Shown piece after piece: positions 62,358-64,000 of a stretch of DNA of 64,000 bases. Below the pieces are notes generated by a model. The model was not told the DNA's origin. It did no database searches and saw only the letters and a program-made list of their open reading frames with translations. The first letter of the stretch is position 1. Each line of letters opens with the position of its first letter. A program made the translations under genes and the position numbers. This stretch comes from Camelus ferus. Taxonomy: Eukaryota. Location: assembly GCF_009834535.1 (NCBI RefSeq), contig NC_045696.1:17548001-17612000 (forward strand). The letters run 5' to 3'.

Positions 62358-62739
62358 TATAGAAGTCAGGGTTCTTCAGAAAAACATGTATATTTATTTA
62401 TTTTAAAGAATTGTCTCATGAAATTGTGCGGTGAAAAAGTCCAAATTTTCATGGCAGTACACAACGCTGAAAATTCTGGAAAGAATTGTTGTATTCCTGA
62501 ATCTGAAGACAGTCTGGAGTCAGATTTCCTTCTTTCTTGGAGGATCTCAGTCTTTTCTAGTAAGGACTTCAACTGATAATACACACTATAAAGGTTAATT
62601 TGCATTAAAAAAGGCTACTGTTTTAAATGTTCTTCACATCTAGGAAAAATAACTTCACAACAACATCTAAACTGGTATTTTACCAAACAAATGTGCACCA
62701 TAGCCTGGTCAAATTGAAACATAAAAATTAATCATTATA
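62358..62739 (-). mobile_element. MLT2 (ERVL) solo LTR with 5-bp TSD
   Basis: agtcagggttcttcag…cttcacaacaacatctaaactggt…aattaatcattata. TSD gtgag at 62353-62357 and 62740-62744. Confidence 0.88.
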
Positions 62740-64000
62740 GTGAGAAATACTTTTAAATCTTTATTTTAATTGAAATTTTAGATTATCTGACATATACTTT
62801 TTATTGAAAAGTTCCATAGTTCCCTAAAAGTAGCAATACTTGTTACTGTTCACTGATCAGTGAGGGAACTGAACACTTAGCAGTTTTCAAGGCTTCATAA
62901 TCAATTCATGATATTTGTGTGCTATTTTCCAAAACCTTGAAACCAGATTCAATTCCAAAGTTCACTGTGAAAACGATATTTCAATCAGATAACTTGGGAG
63001 AAGATCATTTTAAAAAATAAGAAAATACATTTTTAATGAAGTGCATGAAACATATCATTATGGCTATTCTCTTTTTGCACTCTAGACTTTAATGCCTATA
63101 AATTGAGATCCATTTTGAAAGGTCATGAAAAACATGAAAGCACAAATCCTGAGTGTTCTAGAGTATTAAAAACCACTCTTTTAGCTTTTTATTCTCTCTC
63201 ATTTCTAAATTGCTTTTCTTGTTTGTTGTTTCCATTTATATTTTTGAAACAATGTCCTTGATATGCTGCTTGCTCAATGGATATTTATCATTGTGTACAA
63301 TAACTTGCAAATTATTGTATTGTTAAATGACTCCTCTGTAGTTTTGCTTTTAATTGAGTTGCAGATGTTAAGCCTGTGAAAGCAATAATACTTCCATTAT
63401 GTTCCATGGAACTGTTCTCAATGAGAAAAATAAGAATTTAGTATATAAAGTTGCATCTACAAAATAAGATTTATTTGCAAGAGATAAACACGTGTATGCA
63501 CGTACACACATATACGTGTAAACACACATTTATGTATATATATACACATATATATTTAAATGACTAATATTTTGGCATTTTACATTACAATGACTCTTAA
63601 AATATATGTGACAATTAAGTGTACCTAGAGGCTAGATGAGAAATTCCCTTGTATCTTTTTTTATTCTTGCTAATGTTATGAAGATCAATAGTAAGGATCT
63701 ATTGTATACATTTTTTGTAAAACTTGTAAGTTGCTTCATGAATTTATCGTCTGTATTATGTTTAAATACATGAAAGAAGATTTAAGAATTTTAGTAGATG
63801 AAAGCATTCACTATACTGTCCTTAATGATAATGTTTTAAAAAAATGATCATTATTTAGAACATTGATTTTTTAATTATGTTTTGCCACTATTTCTACTTA
63901 TATGCTGTTTAAATTATTTATAAGATTTATGTAAATTGACTTGACTAATATAAGAAAATAAGGTTGATTCTCAAAACACATTCTTCTACAGCTTTCTGCA

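Overview
AT-rich, CpG-depleted mammalian non-coding DNA (intergenic or deep intron). I found no supportable protein-coding gene, functional RNA gene, CpG island or CRISPR array, and no new biological system. A large part of the window is transposable-element relics. These include four copies of a short tRNA-derived SINE and five young 5'-truncated L1 3' ends, which together resemble camelid (alpaca/camel) repeats; the species is my inference. There are also older eutherian L1M/HAL1, L2, MIR, MaLR/ERVL/ERV1 solo LTRs and hAT-Charlie MITEs, plus microsatellites. The only ORF-track hits I recognise as protein are L1 ORF2 remnants. Family names come from recalled consensus sequences, not a search, and boundaries are approximate unless a target-site duplication (TSD) is quoted. 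The most unusual structures are an MLT1A LTR that carries an L2 insert and is flanked by a 12-bp rather than 5-bp duplication, a perfect 58-bp tandem duplication inside an ancient L2, a possible mRNA 3'-UTR retrocopy, an orphan L1 5' terminus and a convergent MLT2 LTR pair.
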